Shown piece after piece: positions 43,849 through 57,898 of a DNA stretch of 64,000 nt. The translations under genes were made by a program, and so were the position numbers. Origin of the DNA: the human T2T-CHM13v2.0 reference genome, Homo sapiens; assembly GCF_009914755.1 (NCBI RefSeq), contig NC_060941.1; one strand, given 5' to 3'. The notes beneath the pieces are model-generated. The model had not been told where the DNA came from. It worked only from the letters and a program-made list of their open reading frames with translations, and ran no database searches. Within the stretch, counting starts at the first letter, position 1; every line of letters begins with the position of its first letter.

Positions 43849-45754
43849 TAGACAACCAAAATGATTCAGGTCACATGGGAATAGGGACTGGGGCATAAAC
43901 ATATAGTTACTAGTAGAACTAAGAGTTAAAGGGGTTACATTATAGAATGTATAGTATATAATAGATTTATAAATTAAGAATAAAATTAATTTTTTAAATT
44001 TATCAAATATTTATAAATTGTTTCAAATTTTATTCAATTCTTTTCAAAAACTGGGAAAGAATACTGAGATTATGGACAAAACCAACTTTTTAAGCTATTC
44101 TCAAAAACTATAATGGATGGCTATAATATATTGTTAAACTGAGGCTTTTGTCTATGTAATGTGTAATAAGGTAAATTAATCATTATGGATATTCCAATTC
44201 TATGATCCCCTGTGTCCTTAAGAACCATGATTCTCAGTGTTGAAGAAAGAAGGTAGCCACACAATACAAACAAAAATCTTGTTCAAAAAGCCTGTACTTA
44301 CAAATTTGGATTGTAAATATTTGTATGAATTTGTGGGATGTTTTATTTTACAGGTGCTATATACATATTTTCTAGTTTTATTTACTGAAGAGATCTAGAA
44401 ACAATGAGCAATCAAGTAATAGAGAACATCCCTAGAGTCCACACAGAGATCTTGAAATATTATTTTCTATTAAAAGAAATCAAGGTTTTTTGTTTGGTTG
44501 GTTTTTGTCTTTCGAGAAACAGCTGATCCACATCTGTGGCAGGAATTGTACAGGATTACCCTGGAATATCTTTTACACCAAATGTGTGGGTACTATCCCA
44601 AACTACAAGACTCATGTAGAAAAGAAAGCAGAAGCTAATTTGAAGACATTTTCACAGGTCAAAAGTGAACAATTTGAGCTTTGATAACAATTGCAATGGC
44701 TTGAAACCCATCAAAAATTTAAATCCTTGAACTCATAACAACATATTTTTAAAAACCTAAACCTAATAAGTCACCTGTGGAGATGAGCAGGGAACATATT
44801 AATTATTTAAAACTGGTAAATCAAGAAAAAGAACCTAACATTTATTTTGTCTTTTCTGTATGAACTTTCACTTAAGGCATCCAGTAGTAGATGAGGGGTA
44901 GTACCTATTTGTAAATGTTTTCCACTAATAAATGACAAATAAATAATAGAATATTACTATTTTGCAATCCCATTGAATTAATGAATCTAAGTTGTAAGCA
45001 TCAAGAGTTGCTCAACATCATAAAAAAGAGACTGAGATATCATGTCCCTCCTGATGAAAGAGCCCAGCTCCACTTACAGTCTTACCATTGGGATCAGGCT
45101 GATCCAGTCTCAGTCTAATGGACAACATGCAGGAACTCCAGAGGGTAGAGGGCATGGTGAACTGCCCCACAGGTGCAAAATCAGAAAAATCCAGACTGCA
45201 GGAAATTGCACAGGTCCAACAGCCTGGGTTCTTCAACAATAAATCATAAGGGAAGAAGGGAATGAAAAGAAAATCTATGTAGTAAAAGAGATTTAGAAGA
45301 CATATCCTTTTTTTTAATGGGCAATACTAAACTCTTGTGTCTTGAGTTGAACACGTGGGTGATAAAACTGTAAAGTAACACAAGGAAGGAAATAATGATA
45401 TAGAAATGAGGATAGGAGTTACTTTGTGGGGAAAAAGAAGGGGCTTAAGATTAAGATGGGGCATACCGAGGGGCTTCTGGTATGGGCGGCAAAGTTAAAT
45501 TTCTATACGTGGATGGTGGTTAAAAGGGTATTCACCTTACAAGCTTTATATTCAGCTGGGTTTTTTTGGTATTTTTGTTTTATTTTACTGTAAAAATGGG
45601 TTGGAAATATCATTATTTTTCTTGTGGACCTTGCCAATTGTGGCTCACTTTGAAGATCTCCCTGAATACAATAATTAATAAGTATTTACTTATATATTCT
45701 TCAGCACAGTTTAAATGAGTAATTTCATATTTAAACTATTTAATATATGTTTTA

Positions 45755-47330
45755 CTTTTTAAATTTTTATTCTTACAGATTTAGGGGTACACATGTAGTT
45801 AGTTTTGTTATGGATCTATTGCATACTGGTGAAGTCTGGAATTTTCATGAATCCATCACCCAAACATTGAACATTGTACCCAATAGATAGTATTACATCT
45901 CTCACTCCCCTCCCACCCTCCTCCAATGTCTATTATTCCACTCTATATGTCACTTACAAGCTGAAGCCACCCATTGTTTAGCTCCAACTTGTAGGTGAGA
46001 ACATGCTATATTTGCCTTTCTGTCTCTGAGTTATTTCTCTTAGGATAATGATCTCCAGTTCCATCCATGTTGCTGCAAAAGACACAATTTCCTTCTTTTT
46101 TATGGCCAAGTAGTATTACCACATTTTAAAAAATCTAATCATGCATTGTAGGACACTCACATTGACTCCATATCTTTGCTATTGTAAAGAGTGATGTGAT
46201 ATACATATGAGCACAGAAGTCTTTCTGATAAAATGATTTATTTTCCTTTGCGTAAATACCAGCAGTGGGATTACTAGAGGGTAGTTCTATTTTTAGTTGT
46301 TTGAGAAAGTTCCATACAATTTTCCATAGAGGTCTCCATACAGGTTGTGCTAATTTACATTATCACCAACAGTGTATAAGCATCCTCACCAACATCTGTT
46401 ATTTTTTGACTCTTTAATATTAACAAGGCTGACTGGTATAAGATGGCATCTCACTGAGGTTTTAGTTTGCGTTTATATGATGACTAGTGATGTTGAACTT
46501 CTTTTTTTCTATATGTTTCTTGGCCATCTGTATGCCTTCTTTTGAAAAAATATTGTTTTGTCTGTTCGTGTCCTTCACCCACTTTTTAATGAGATTTTTT
46601 TTTCTTGTCGAGTTGTTTCAGTTCCTTATAGATTCTGGATATTAGCTTATTGTCAGATGCACTGTTTGCAAATATTTTCTCTTTCTGTAGGTTGTCTGGT
46701 TACTCTGTCAATTACTTTTCTGTGCAAAGCTTTTTAGTTTAATTAAGTCCCATTTTTCTATTTTTGCTTTTGTTGCATTTCCTTTCGAGGACTTAGTTAT
46801 AAATTCTTTGCCTAGGTGAATGTCCAGTAGAGATTTTTCTAGATTTTCTTCTAGGATTTTTATCTTCTCAGGTCTTACTTTTTCAATCCATCTTGAGTTA
46901 ATTTTTCTATATGGTTAGAGATAGGGGTCCAGATTCATTCTTTTGCACATGGCTATTCATTTGTCTCAGCACCATTTACTAAAGAGGCTATCTTTTTCCC
47001 AGGTGTATATTTTTGTTGATGTTGTCAAAGGTCAGTCGGTTGTAGGTATATGACTTTATTTCTGGGTTATCCATTCTGTTTTATTGATCTATATGTCTAT
47101 TTTTATATTAGTATCATGCTGTTTTGGTTATTATAGCCTTGTAATATAATTTGAAGTTAGGTAATGTGACACTTTCAGTTTATTCTTTTTGCTTAGGATT
47201 GCTTTGGCTATTTGGGCTTTTTTGTTGGTTCCATATAAATTTTAGGATTGTTTTTTATAATTATGTGAAGACTGACATTGGTAATTTGATAGGAATTGTG
47301 TTGAATCTGCAGATTGCTTTGGATAGTATA
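45755..47330 (-). mobile_element. L1PB4/L1MA-class 3' portion
   Basis: T-rich tail, then ttaggggtaca...ccatcacccaaa...cattgtacccaatag and colinear antisense ORF2. Confidence 0.85.
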
Positions 47331-47699
47331 AATTATTTATCTAGAATGTATGCTTAGTATATGGTGTGATGTAGGGATTTTATTTTACCATTATTTCACT
47401 CTCCATAAATATTTTCAAGTTGTTTTTTACTACTGAAAAAATAATGTATGCACGTGGAGGAAAACCATAAATGAAGCACAAGAGAAAAGAAACCCTTCCT
47501 TCCATTTATAGCTTTATCTCTCTTACCAAAGACAACCAGTCTTCCTATTTTTTGTTATTGTTGCTGTTGTTGTTTTGCACTGCAGTAAATAATTGTTTTC
47601 CATGCAGCATCTTTAATAATTTAGCTTTGCATAAAGCATCCCACTTTAACTCAGTTCATATAATTTTTGTGGATTTGATTTTAACCCAAAGTTGATGAG

Positions 47700-48075
47700 G
47701 TTCCCTAGTCACAGAAATTGCATCAGGAAAGGGAATATGATACAAGTCAGGCCAACAAGAGCCAACAAGACTCAATTTTAGGAGTTTTATCTCAACTACT
47801 GAGCAAGAAAAAAAAAAACTTTAAATTTGGTATAGTCAAGATGTCATCTGGAGCTGTTAGAAATCACACCACGTAGAGCCCAAGAATAAAACCAACAAAC
47901 AGAATGCAGAGCCAAGATATGGAGGAAATCAGAGACTGATAGTATGGTTTTGAACCCTGCCCAGTTATATGTGAAGTCTAATTTTATACTTTTCAGCTTA
48001 TAAGAGATAAGGAATTCCCTGGTTGCAAACTTGGATTGAATTTTTTTCCCTTGCAATCAGAATCTAGCTGATAGT
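47700..48075 (+). mobile_element. Old MLT1 (J/K-like) LTR fragment
   Basis: ggccaacaagac, aaccaacaaacagaa...agagccaagat and ttttcagctta resemble MLT1. Confidence 0.5.
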
Positions 48076-48294
48076 ATATTCTCCTGAGAATTAATTCTAT
48101 CTGCATAAACACATACACTTATGTGTATACACACAAGACTGTCATGGTCAGAACTTGGAATCCAAATAGATCTAACTAAGTTGTGTTTTATAAACCCTCT
48201 GATTTTCTTCTCACTCTCTGAAACTCAGAAATAAAATAGATTTGAGTAATATAGAATCTCATTATATGTGTTCTCTGAACTCTTACTATTTGAA

Positions 48295-48326
<32 letters not shown>

Positions 48327-48362
48327 CAGAGAGGCAGAGAGAGAGAGGAGAGAGAGAGAGAA
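48295..48362. repeat. (GT)n(GA)n compound microsatellite
   Basis: Seen directly. Confidence 0.95.
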
Positions 48363-49703
48363 AAGAGGGGGGCATTTTATATACTGTCTTGGAGATCTTT
48401 CACGTCAGTTCGTAGACATTACTTTAAGTGGCTGTAAATTTTTTTCTATGTAGCATGTGCTTAACCAGCATGTATCCCACTGAAAGACATGTTTGTGTAC
48501 AATTCCTTGCTATTCCAAACATATATATTTTATCACGAATGTATATGAATATATCAAACAGTAAGGTCTTAAGAGTAGAATCGTTGATCCGAAGGATATG
48601 AACAACTTAGCTTTTTATAAGAGAAAAATAAGAGTTTGGTTTGGACTTGTTAAGAGTACTGAAATAGGAGCAGGTCTTGGGGAAAACATCTTTATTATAT
48701 TAAAGATGTATCCCAATGTTTATTTATAAATGTCTTATTTTACCAAAAAAAAGCCTTTAAAATTTTTATGAAGTCCTCAACTTTTTAACCTATTTGAATG
48801 ATTAATTATATTAAAAGTTTTCCAGATATTGAACCATCTTTGCATTACTAGAAAAAGCCTATCTTGGGCTTGATGTGCTATACTTTTGAAATACTCTGAG
48901 ATATTTAATTATACTTTTGAGGATTTTTACAATTTTTAAAATATGTATCTACTTTTCTGTTGCATCTTTTTCAGGTTTCTGCAGACATCTTAAGTAGGAT
49001 GATAATAGCTTTTGATATCAAGTGAAACAATTTATATAGCATGAGAATTATTTATGATGTAAACATTTGCCCATAAATTTTTTTTGAGCCGGGGATCTCA
49101 TTTGCAGATAGTTCTTTAGAATAAATTAAATAAACTGTCATTGCCACTAATTTAGTATAGTTTTTCACTTTTTGAGTCAGTTTTGGTCACTAATCTGCAA
49201 AATATCTATTTCAAACAGAATTTTTATTAGTATATATAAATTTTTCAAAATTTTATATTGTACTTCTGTTAAATATTTCTTATATTCATATCATTTATAC
49301 TTTATTAGATACAACAAATTTTTGTCACTTTTTCATGATACATCAAAAAATAAGTTCTGAATTGATCAATTCTATTGCTCTGTCTTCTAATTCATTACTT
49401 TTCTTTTCACTTTTCTTCTTTACTTCATTGACCTAGTTTTGGTAATGAATATGTTTACTTTTTTCTTTTTATTTTAATAAAATTACAAGGCAATGAAATT
49501 GCCTCTGACTAAATCTTTGGTTGTTTTATGAAATATTTTTTCAAATAGTGTTCTTTGCTATTTTTTTCTGAGTGGCTCATTATTTCTAATTTAATTTCCT
49601 TTTATCCAGGATAAATTCGAGACATATTTGTTTCTTTTCATGTAGTTTGAAATTACAAGCAAATTTATGCACATTTAAAAATGTGACAAGTAGTATAAGT
49701 TTT

Positions 49704-49999
49704 TGTTGTTGTTGTTTTGAGATGGAGCCTCGCTCTGTCATCCAAGTGGGAGTGCAGTGGCATGATCTCAGCTCACTGCAAGCTCCGCCTTCTGGGTTCA
49801 TGCCATTCTCCTGCCTCAGCCTCCCAAGTAACTGAGGCTACAGGCACCCGCCACCACGCTCAGCCAATTTTTTGTATTTTTAATAGAGATGGGGTTTCAC
49901 TGTGTTAGCCAAGATGGTCTTGATCTCCTGACTTCATGATCTGCCCACCTCGGCCTCCCAAAGTGCTAGGATTACAGGCGTGAGCCACCGCACCTGGCC
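49704..49999 (-). mobile_element. AluY/Sc8-type SINE (diverged), within decayed L1M sequence
   Basis: gcaagctccgcc, tgccattctcc and gtgttagccaagatggtcttgatctcc diagnostics; TSD ataagtttt. Confidence 0.93.
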
Positions 50000-50129
50000 A
50001 TAAGTTTTGAGTTACGTTATACTCTGTCAGCTAATAGTCTAGACAAATTTTATTATTTAAAAATTAATGGATTAATATACATTCATATTTTATAACTTTT
50101 ATTAAAAACCAATCAAGAATAAACTGTGA

Positions 50130-50612
50130 ATATGGTGCAACATTCCCTGCTGTGAGATGCTTGGTTAAGGAATTTTGTTTCTCCTCTGTGGCATCCATTT
50201 GAGAAAATATTCTGCCCATGAGATTCAAGTGGGCTACAACCCATACATGCTCCTTTACTTTCCTTTCTCCCTTTAGGGTGACACAGGCTTAAACTGAGAC
50301 AATCCAGCATGGAACACTTGCAGGAAGTACTAGGAAAGTGCATTTTCTTTCCATGAGGGTTGCCAAACTGGAAGCATGTTAGCTAAAGCTACCTGTAGTC
50401 ATTTTGTGGCCACATTGGGTGAGATTGTCTGAGAAAGCAAACCAACTGAAGCAGAGCAGAGAAGATACTCTACCAACCTAGTTGGAGCCCTGGTTCCAGC
50501 CTTGCCTGAAGCTAAATGCACCTCTATGCTTCCTTTTTACTGACCCAATAAATTTCCCTATTTGTTTAAACAAGCTTGATATGATTTTTTTTCACCCAGA
50601 GACTCTTGATTC
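50130..50612 (+). mobile_element. MLT1K-like LTR
   Basis: gagccctggttccagccttgcctgaagc...ccaataaatttcccta..tgtttaaacaag is an MLT1 3' signature. Confidence 0.65.
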
Positions 50613-53600
50613 ATTTTTTTATTAATTATGTGGCCTCCCACAAAGATGAATACTGATGAAGTATACTGCCAGCCAAGAAGCTCAGGGCTCTGATTTGTAG
50701 TCTGAAGACACATGTGGCATACATCAAAGAGTAAAGATCTCCACTGGAAGCTTTGCTCTGTTAGCTTGTTGAGCTTTTGTTGCTTAAAGGGAGAAGAAGC
50801 TTGCTGAGTTTTCTAGAATAGCACAGTGTATTGTTTGAGTACATATCTTTGACATGGCACATATTGCAACATGATCCCAATTCACAGCAAAATCAATGGT
50901 GCCAAGGTTATCATTGTCTCAATATCATTGGACCTCAGAAATTTCACAGGGGCCCCAGAGCTTTCAGAGTAAAAACATCAATCATCCATGCAGTGATGCA
51001 GGATTAATTCACATGTTCAAAAGCATCTGGTCATAACAAAGTTGTGTCTTCAGAGGAAGACTTGTTGTTTGAAGCTCATCCTCCAGCAAGATCAATAAAT
51101 GTCCCAAAGCGCTGAGGACTCATTCTTCTCTTTTATGTTTTCCTTTGCATAATGACAAAAACAAATCTAGGGACATTTGGAGCAGTTGTCTCTACTTAGA
51201 AATAGTCCCTTGGGGCTCCATGGGTAAATGCCTTAAATAATAAGCTTTAAATATAATGGATAGTTCTTGTTCAGAAGAAGAAATAATGTTCTTTTTAAGA
51301 ATCAGCTGCAAAAAGGGGGAATCAAAGAAAGAAAACTTCATTGAACTTGAAAGAAAACATTGGGAGAAAAAAATCACCAACTATGGAACCACTATAACTT
51401 CTAACGATGCGGCATGAATATGTCTAAGTTTTCACAAAATAACACATTTAAGAATTTTAACTAGTCAAAATACAAAATCAGTCAACTTATTGTTTGAAAT
51501 GCCTTGTTATTTAACTTAACTGACCATATAATTCAACCAGACACGTACTTACTATGTGTACATGTGCCTGCACACCTGCATGTGTTTGCAGATCAATAAT
51601 CTGAAGATAGTTTGCAAAACCTTGAAAAGTTTACAGAATCCCTTTGAAGCACTGAGTAAATCTTTCTTTAGTTTTGGAGTCATTTGGAGGCATGGTTCAC
51701 TTTACTCACATCAGACTTTTGCTTTAGCAACAACAAAAAATGGACAATTTTCTACCAAAAGAAAAAAATAAATAATTTTTTTGAAAAATGTGGCTTTATT
51801 TGCTCATGGTAGTTCGCACCAGGAGCAGAAATATGAACTCCTTGAAAGTAAGTCTATCTGTAAAGTATTAAGTAACCACTTCTTAACCTTCAACTCTATG
51901 CTGTAAACTTTACTTTTTGTAATAAGGTTAAAAGAGTGACACTAATGGAAGTCTCTGAAAATAACCTACAGCCTCTGCAAAGACTGGGTGTGTTTGCATA
52001 ATCTAAACTGAGCAAACCTTGGAAGAAATATATGAGCACACATTCTAACACCTTCAATTAAGTTCTGTTAAACTTCCAGAGACTATGTATCTTCTATAAA
52101 TGGCGAGGAAAGTAGTTGATTCAGACAGGCTACAGTGTTGGAAATGGACTAGTGGCTGTATTTAATCTTTTGAGGGTTTTATTGTTTCAAGCTAGTTAGA
52201 TTTTGAGCTCGAGCCTCTAAACTCTTCAAGAAGTATATAGAAAGAAGTATCTGAACTCTTACATAAGATATATTCTATATGCAAAATACCAGACAGCTAT
52301 CAACAACTTTCTCCAAAATCAGAGAAAACTGGAAATAAAGGAGAGGGTGTTTTTGTTTGTTTGGTTTGGGTTTATTTTTTGCAAGGCGCTGTGTTGGTGG
52401 TGGTGTTTGGATCTCTGAGTTTTCTGAAACCCCAAACCTCTGCCTGACCCATGACTGGCAGTGTGTCTCAGAGACTTGCTCATTACGCACCATGAATAGC
52501 AACGTCCCCTGGTTATTGCAATCAGTGTCCATCAGTTGGAGAACCATGCAGATGTAATGGCTGATGAATCACATTTTATGATGCAAATGGCCCTGGGAGG
52601 AATTGTGTTCCCTGTATCCCAGATCCTTTCTCCTTTTAAAAATCTCATTTTCAGTGTCTTGCATGTAACATTTTAAAAGTTATTTTTATTGTTTTTGTTT
52701 CCATAGAGAAAAGCCTTATTGTAGAAGTTACAAAGCTTGCATGACCAAATCACAAAAGAAATTTAGTTCTAAAAAGTAACAAAAGAAAATGAGGGAATCT
52801 TTTAATTTTTTTTTTTTTAAGTTTACCATTGGCTTTGGGGAGAAAAATCACAAAAGATTAGGCTACATGGTCTGCAAGCCTTCAAAGAGAAAAAACAGTT
52901 CTTTTAATACAGGTCTAGTAACTAATTAATATTTTGAAATTTTACAATGTGTATAATCTCCAGCTATTACAAGAAATAGTTTATTGTGAGCCTCTCAGAT
53001 GTGAAGGGAAATTGATGACCTGACAATATAGTGGAGAATGTTAGAGCAAAATGACTTTTCTTTCCACTTAAAATAACATGAAGACTATTTCTTTTCTATT
53101 TTGTCAAATTATCTTGATGCTATAGATTCTTGAAAAGAATCAGGATCCTGATTCTGATCAGGATCATCTCTGCACCTCCTCTCAGAATTTGCATATCTCA
53201 AGGCACAATTTAGGGTAAGCATCCTTGGGCACCAAGCATTTTACATTGTCCCAAAAGTCTCAGCAAGTCCTCGGCAAAGTCCTCTTGTCTCTGTCTGTCT
53301 AGCTGCCTCTTCCTACACCCCAACTCCCCTCCCCTTGATTCTCTGTTCCATTTCATCTCTCCTCCTCTTTTTCTCATGTTCCCAGTAGATTGGAACGTTT
53401 GGAGGTTTCTTTTCCTACACCCTCATTCTCCTGTCTTTGTTGTCTTACAAACATATATGTGAACCCCTCATTGTTATTAAACTTTTTTCCTCCCTAACCT
53501 CACTTTCTCATGAGATAAACCATCCTGTCATCAGTTTTAAGTACCTTCTGTCTGTCATAAAATAGGCCACTCTAAAATTTTTTTTAAATGCCCATTTGTC

Positions 53601-56519
53601 TTCTGACTACATGACCAACAAAGGTTCAACATCTATCCCTACATTCTTCCAGAATTTCTTACACTATATTTATTTCCATCCATTCTTTCTCTTTACATAT
53701 AAATAACAGAGATTGGTCTGTTTGTAGTATCTGAGGTTTTCTATGTAAGATACAGATGTCCTGTCCATTTCAGGACTCTCCTGTCTCTTGCCTGATGTTT
53801 GACTGAAACACCTAGCACCTCCCAGGACTAGGTGCACATCCTCTTAGGATATAGTCTTCTTAATAGGGGACTGAGCTCTGATAATGTCCACCACTGTTGT
53901 AACTAGAAATCCTTTTCTCTGATTTCACTGTCAATGCTATGAGCTCATTCAATTCCAAGTGTCCCATAATTTGGATTGTTTATAGTCTAGTCAGGAATGA
54001 GCCTTGCCACACCCACTCCACTTATCAGCAACTGGAGGAGCAAATGCATATCTCAGAACTGTGAAGTCATTTGATGCCAGACTTTCTTTGGTGTCGCCAA
54101 GTTGAGGTTTTATGTGCATTTTTTATCTAAACTATGGAGTCTGACTGCAGCTGCCCTCATTAGCTTTATTCTGGAAGGCAGGGCCTGTCTTCTGCATTGA
54201 ATCTTAGTCAGTGTGCATCTAAGTCATCTATTTGTTTTTAGTTTTTTCTTTCAAAGGATTCAACTGTTTACATTTGCTTTGAGCTGCTTCCATTATTTCA
54301 TAAAGTAGACCTTACCTTTTTAGTCCTACAAATTCTAATTATTAGATCATCATAATCATGGGATTGGATGTCTAAAATTTTTTCTCCATAAATACCTCCT
54401 CAATTCAGTGTGCATATCCTAAACGGAGATAGCTGATGTTACACAGCTTTTTGTAGGCTTTTAGTCCCTAGCACAGCTCTTCGGACACAGGCAGTGATAC
54501 TGCTTTAATTTTAAATGGGGGCATTCTTTTTTATTCATTACGGGTTTCTACTAGCTTCAGGCCAAAGCCCAAGGGCCTATTTTGTCTAAGCAAAAATAGC
54601 CACTGTCATTTCCTGAATGCTGAGTCAAAACTACTCTGTACGCAAGAGATGGAGGGCATCACTTGTAAGGGGAGGGGAACTTGAATGCTTTTCTTCCACT
54701 CTATTTTTTTCCACTATCCTGCTATGCTTTGCTTTCCCACAAGATACACTTTCATGAAGCCCCTCCTGAAATGCACTTGTGAACTAGAAACAGAAGAAAA
54801 TCCTTGGTACTTGCCTTCTACCATTTACAAAATCAGCCATCATCAAGATCTGCATAGTCTGGGTATTACTGTGGGTAACAGAGAAAAGCTATGTTATTTC
54901 AAACAAAAATTTATATTGGGTCATCCTATAGGTGGACAAAATGACACTAAATGATGATAAATACTGTGGATTCTATCCAGGGCAAAGTGAATGTAAGGAG
55001 GCTGAGGAGAAGGACAAGACAAAGAGAAGCACCAGGAAGGTGGGAAAAGAAGATCCCAAACAAGACAGGCTTATAAAATTTGAGCCAGGAAGGAAGAGGA
55101 CAGAGGAGACACAAGTTCAAGACTAGAACCCATCTGATGTGTGTGATAGAGATCAGTGGGGCCAAGAATCTTGCAAGCCTCAAGTGATCCAAGGTGAGAA
55201 GACTTAAAAGAAGTCTCAGATGGCCTCAGAGAATCCATTTTTAAATTAAATTCAGTGTATCTCAGTCCAATCATAAAGTTTCTCATCCCTCCCTCCTGAG
55301 GACTATAAGCTGACAAAAAGACTAGACTGTATAGGGTTGAAGGAATGAAGCAAATTCTGATTGAGGAACAATCATAGGTATTGAGCTGAGCAAAGAAAGA
55401 CAATTTCTCCAAGTCAAGTCTCTAATTTTTCCACCTGGATGTGAATTATAACCTGAGTTGAGGCGCCATAAGAATAATACAATACTCTATGCATTCTAAC
55501 TGGTGAATGAAGTGCAAAATGGATGAATGAACAGGTTTTCAAGAGTATGAAAATCCAGGCCATCATTTCACTGTCTAAAAAATTATTCTTTTTATGTCTT
55601 CAGTTTCACAATAAAAACTGTGGAGACTTTGTGGCCAACATGGATTAGGTGATGAGGTTAGCTGTTTTTCACCTGAAGATCAGTCATGAGGCACAGACAC
55701 ACCTTGATACGTGTTAAGGATGAGAATGAAAAGGTTATACAAGTAAACAAGCTGAAGAAAGAAGGCTCAGGTGGGTCTCCACTGGGCATCAGGTGAGCCT
55801 TTAACACAAAGACAAGTTCAGGGGAAGATGGCCTTAGACGAAAGATCCCTGAAGTCACTGTCACAAGAACTAGGTTACATTCTGGTTACACATCCATGGA
55901 TTCTGTCCATGGTTTTATTTTGTGAACACAATGCTTTTTATCTGTGGCACATTTTTTGAGAAGACAAACTTTGATTGCTATTAAACACAGAGCTAAAACC
56001 AAGTAAGAGGCGATTCTCCAAAAGCACTTCCTCAGCAAACAGCATATCTATTGTGTGTGGGTTCTTTAATTGGCTGAGAACTGAATTTCACCTTTGGCAT
56101 TAAAGAGAAGTGTTTATTTTTACTGTCTTCACTGTTTTAATGTTTAAACAAAATCTAAATACTGAGGTGAACTCTATCATAAAACAAGTGAAACGGCAAC
56201 ATAGGTTGATCCAGAAAGAAGCAAATTCCAGCATGGCGGGCACTACATGTTTCAGCTCATCAGTTATCTGAATCTTATGGCTCTAAAGATGGATGGATGA
56301 GAATACATAGGCAGAAGCTTCCTGGTGAGGCTGGTATGATTCTGTTGTCCTATCTTCAACACTATCCTTCTACCTTCAGGGTTGCTGTTGTAGGTTTTAT
56401 TTCTTTGGCTTCTGTTGCCAGTAATGGAAAAGGACCACATGGAAGACTGTATTTATGTACATCATGTCCAAACAGAATATCCTATAATAGTGAATCTTGG
56501 AAGAAAGCTTGAGAGATGT

Positions 56520-56883
<364 letters not shown>

Positions 56884-57214
56884 TCATGAGAACAGAGCAG
56901 TCACAAGTGATATAAACCAAACTCCCTTGGAAATTTGTAATCTATCAACTTCTTTATTTAAAGAGAATAGGAGGTTTACTGTGAAACAGTCATAAGACAG
57001 ATTTCCAGAAAACATAACAATTCAGAACATATATTTAATCCCTCCTCAATCCAGATCCTTGTTGAAACAATGAAAGAGTACAATATACTGCCATGAAAAG
57101 TACTGAGAAAAGTCTACAGATAGTGACATGGAAGAAAAGAAAAAATATTAAATAGATCAAACTAGTTATATAATTTGTATCTCATTTCTGTAAAATAAAT
57201 TTAACATTTATAAG

Positions 57215-57898
57215 TGTATTAGTTTGTTCTCACATTGCTATAATAAAATACCTGAGACTGGGTAATTAAAAAAAAAAACAGATTTAATTGGCACACAGTT
57301 CTATAGGCTGTACAGAGAAAACAGTGGCTTCTGCTTCTGGGGAGGTTTCAGGAAACTTCCAATCATGATGGAAGCCGAAGGGGAAGCAGACACATCTTAC
57401 GTGGCCAGAGCAGGAGCACAAGTGTGAAGGGAAGTGTCTGTTCATATTCTTCACTCACTTTTTAATGGGGTTGTTTGTTTTTTTCTTAGAAATTTAAGTT
57501 CCTTGTAGATTCTGGATATTAGGCCTTTGTCAGATGGATAGATTGCAAAAATGTTCTCCCATTCTGCAGGTTGCCTGTTCACTTTGATGATAGTTTCTTT
57601 TGCTGAGCAGAAGCTCTTTAGTTTAATTTTGCAGGGACATGGATGAAGCTGGAAACCATTATCTTCAGTAGACTAACTGTTAACAGGAACAGAAAACCAA
57701 AAACAAACAAAAGCATGAAGAGGGAAGTGTCACCCACATGAGAACTCACTATTGTGATGACAACACCAAGGGGAATGGTGTTAAACCATGAGAACCGGCC
57801 CCCATGATCCAATCACTTCCCACCAGGCCCCACCTCCAATACTGGATATTACAATTCAACAAGAGATTTGGGCAGGAATACAGATCCAAACCATATCA
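57215..57898 (-). mobile_element. MSTA solo LTR interrupted by a small L1PA insertion
   Basis: tgtattagtt...gatccaaaccatatca termini; MSTA sequence resumes after the duplicated target. Confidence 0.9.
57439..57710 (+). mobile_element. About 270-bp L1PA insertion: inverted ORF2 piece (57439-57628), sense piece (57628-57700) and A-rich tail
   Basis: Both pieces align by eye to the L1PA7 copy in this window; flanked by duplicated agggaagtgtc. Confidence 0.9.

Noticed and set aside
53760-54480. Possible decayed pseudogene or ancient LINE coding remnant
   Set aside because: No recognisable motif in the frames I tried by eye; would need a translated search (tblastx or Dfam HMM).
56075-56090. 15/16 match to the 5' part of mature miR-146a (TGAGAACTGAATTtCA)
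   Set aside because: The match stops there and no complementary arm lies downstream to form a precursor hairpin; treated as chance.
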